Below, piece after piece: positions 62,635 through 64,000 of a DNA stretch of 64,000 nt. A program made the translations under genes and the position numbers. Position 1 is the stretch's first letter. Each line of letters starts with the position of its first letter. The notes beneath the pieces were generated by a model, which did not search any database, was not told the DNA's origin, and saw nothing but the letters and a program-made list of their open reading frames with translations. The DNA lies in NCBI GenBank assembly GCA_046330135.1, contig JAXLTI010000008.1, positions 10,302 through 74,301 on the forward strand, in the 5' to 3' direction. The stretch is from a bacterium (GTDB lineage: Bacteria; ARS69).

Positions 62635-64000
62635 ATGGCGCTCCCGCGCGCTGGGGCATGGGCGCTGTCGCTGTTGCTTTGGCCGGCGGCGGCGCATGCT
62701 CCCGGCTTCCTCGGTCCCTGGACCTCCCTACCCGTCGTCGATCGAGCTGCGTTCCGGGCGGTCGCCTTCAGTGCGGCCCAACCGGGCCGGCTCTTCGCAG
62801 CCGGCCCCGTCGGCGTGTGGCGCTCCGACAACCACGGGGACAGCTGGGTCCGCATCGGCCGCGAGCTTCCCCCCGACCTGGCCTTCTCGATTCTCGCCGC
62901 CTCGGCCGCCGACGCCGATCTCGCGTTCGCGACCACCTGCGCCGATTCCGTGCTCTACCGGACCACGGACGCCGGCGCCCATTGGGCGCGGACCGCCGGG
63001 CCGCCGGGCGGCGGTCCACCCGCGGCGTTCCTGCTGGACGCGACGGATCCGCTCACGCTGTGGGCCGGGACGCGCGCGGGGCCGCTGCGCGGCGCGTGGC
63101 GGAGCACCGACGGCGGCGGGTCGTGGACCCAGCGGAGCGCGGGACTGCTCGCCTCCGCCGTCGACGCGCTGGCGGCGCACCCGACGAACCCGTCCCTCCT
63201 CCTGGCCGGAACCGGCGACGGAATCGCCCGATCCACCGACGCCGGCGCCTCGTGGAGCTGGGTCTACGTGGGCTCCGCAGTGCTCGAGCTGGACTGGAAT
63301 GTCGCGCAACCGGATGTCGTGTGGGCCCGGCCGCAGGCGATGTCGCTGCTGCGATCCACGGACGCCGGTCGAACCTGGTCGAGCATCCCGCAACCGGAGT
63401 TCCCGCGGCACCTCGCGGCGGACCCCGCGAATCCTCAGACGCTGCTCGCCGGGCTCGCGCTCCTCGGCTGCGGCCCCGACGGCTACGGGTACTTCGGGAG
63501 CGTGAGTCGTTCGACGGACGCCGGGACGAGCTGGACGGCGGTGAGACGCAGCACCGCCTGCGACGGCGGAACGACTGCCGTGGCTTTCGACCCCTCGAGC
63601 CCGAACCGCGCCTATGCCGTGTTCGGAGAAGGGTTCTGGCGCTCCGACGCGGGCGGAGCCGCCGGGTCGTGGGTGGAGCACGCCGGCGGCGTGCACGCCG
63701 TTCCTTGCAACCGCGTCCGCGTCGGCGCGGGGGACCACTGGTACGTCCGTGCCGAGGTGGACCGCGGGCTCTTCGTGTCCACCGATGCCGGATCCTCGTG
63801 GGTCTTGCATCCACCCGCCCGCGGGCGCACCCTCAACTTGACCGCTTTCGACGTCAGCGCGGTCACGCCCGGCCTCGTCTACGAGGCGGGCTATGGCCGG
63901 GATCCCGGCTGGTGCGGCACACCCTGGCCGTACGCCGTCCTCAGCCCCGACGACGGCGCGACTTGGGCTCCCCTCAACCCCGAGCTCTTCTACGACCTCC
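62635..64000 (+). CDS. BNR/Asp-box repeat protein (Ycf48/sialidase-like beta-propeller), 3' end outside the window
   Basis: Frame-1 ORF is absent from the ORF track because there is no stop before the window end. ATG at 62635 with GGGAGA SD. Signal peptide MALPRAGAWALSLLLWPAAAHA. Nine or more S-x-D-x-G-x-(T/S)-W motifs (RSDNHGDSW, RTTDAGAHW, RSTDGGGSW, RSTDAGASW, RSTDAGRTW...). High GC3 and no stops through 64000. Confidence 0.7.
   Translation, partial: MALPRAGAWALSLLLWPAAAHAPGFLGPWTSLPVVDRAAFRAVAFSAAQPGRLFAAGPVGVWRSDNHGDSWVRIGRELPPDLAFSILAASAADADLAFATTCADSVLYRTTDAGAHWARTAGPPGGGPPAAFLLDATDPLTLWAGTRAGPLRGAWRSTDGGGSWTQRSAGLLASAVDALAAHPTNPSLLLAGTGDGIARSTDAGASWSWVYVGSAVLELDWNVAQPDVVWARPQAMSLLRSTDAGRTWSSIPQPEFPRHLAADPANPQTLLAGLALLGCGPDGYGYFGSVSRSTDAGTSWTAVRRSTACDGGTTAVAFDPSSPNRAYAVFGEGFWRSDAGGAAGSWVEHAGGVHAVPCNRVRVGAGDHWYVRAEVDRGLFVSTDAGSSWVLHPPARGRTLNLTAFDVSAVTPGLVYEAGYGRDPGWCGTPWPYAVLSPDDGATWAPLNPELFYDL

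Noticed and set aside
62696-63814. Plus-frame-2 ORF 62696..63505 and minus ORFs 62728..63810 / 63053..63814
   Set aside because: Alternative frames of the BNR-repeat gene (frame 1 from 62635). That frame alone has the signal peptide, the Asp-box repeats and high GC3.

Overview
This 64-kb window is a ~70% GC chromosomal segment with very high third-codon-position GC, which makes codon usage useful for separating real genes from the many GC-rich spurious ORFs. It is densely coding on both strands, and I call about 50 CDS. I found no rRNA, tRNA, CRISPR array or obvious mobile element. Three large secreted proteins end in a Por/T9SS-type C-terminal sorting domain, and four Hanks-type Ser/Thr kinases are present, two of them TPR-kinases paired with ECF sigma factors. 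Together with the GC content this points to a Gemmatimonadota-like (FCB-related) lineage rather than Bacteroidota, but no tool was run. Content, in order:
- A translationally coupled acyl-adenylate ligase, dedicated ACP and 2-oxoamine synthase lipid module.
- Two convergent ECF-sigma/TPR-kinase pairs flanking a 1,471-aa FG-GAP repeat T9SS cargo gene.
- An acylating aldehyde dehydrogenase.
- An archease-RtcB RNA-ligase pair.
- A second ACP paralog next to a GNAT acyltransferase.
- A TetR-controlled TolC/MFP/double-ATPase/double-permease efflux operon (YbhGFSR-like) with a perfect 18-bp AT-rich palindromic operator.
- A GluR0-type ligand-gated K+ channel convergent with a membrane-anchored kinase.
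- A zinc-ribbon plus SPFH/GYF pair.
- A metal island: CopA-type P1B ATPase, CxxCH lipoprotein, small CxxC secreted protein, OM beta-barrel, ZnuA/ZnuB without ZnuC.
- A divergent Memo/radical-SAM (AmmeMemoRadiSam) pair lacking AMMECR1.
- A tightly coupled four-gene operon of a periplasmic TPR-CHAT protease, M19 dipeptidase, GT39 glycosyltransferase and a polytopic membrane protein, which is the best candidate here for an undescribed system.
- An ArsS/AhpD-like arsenosugar cassette.
- More T9SS cargo and BNR-repeat proteins.
Intergenic regions carry several REP-like inverted repeats.
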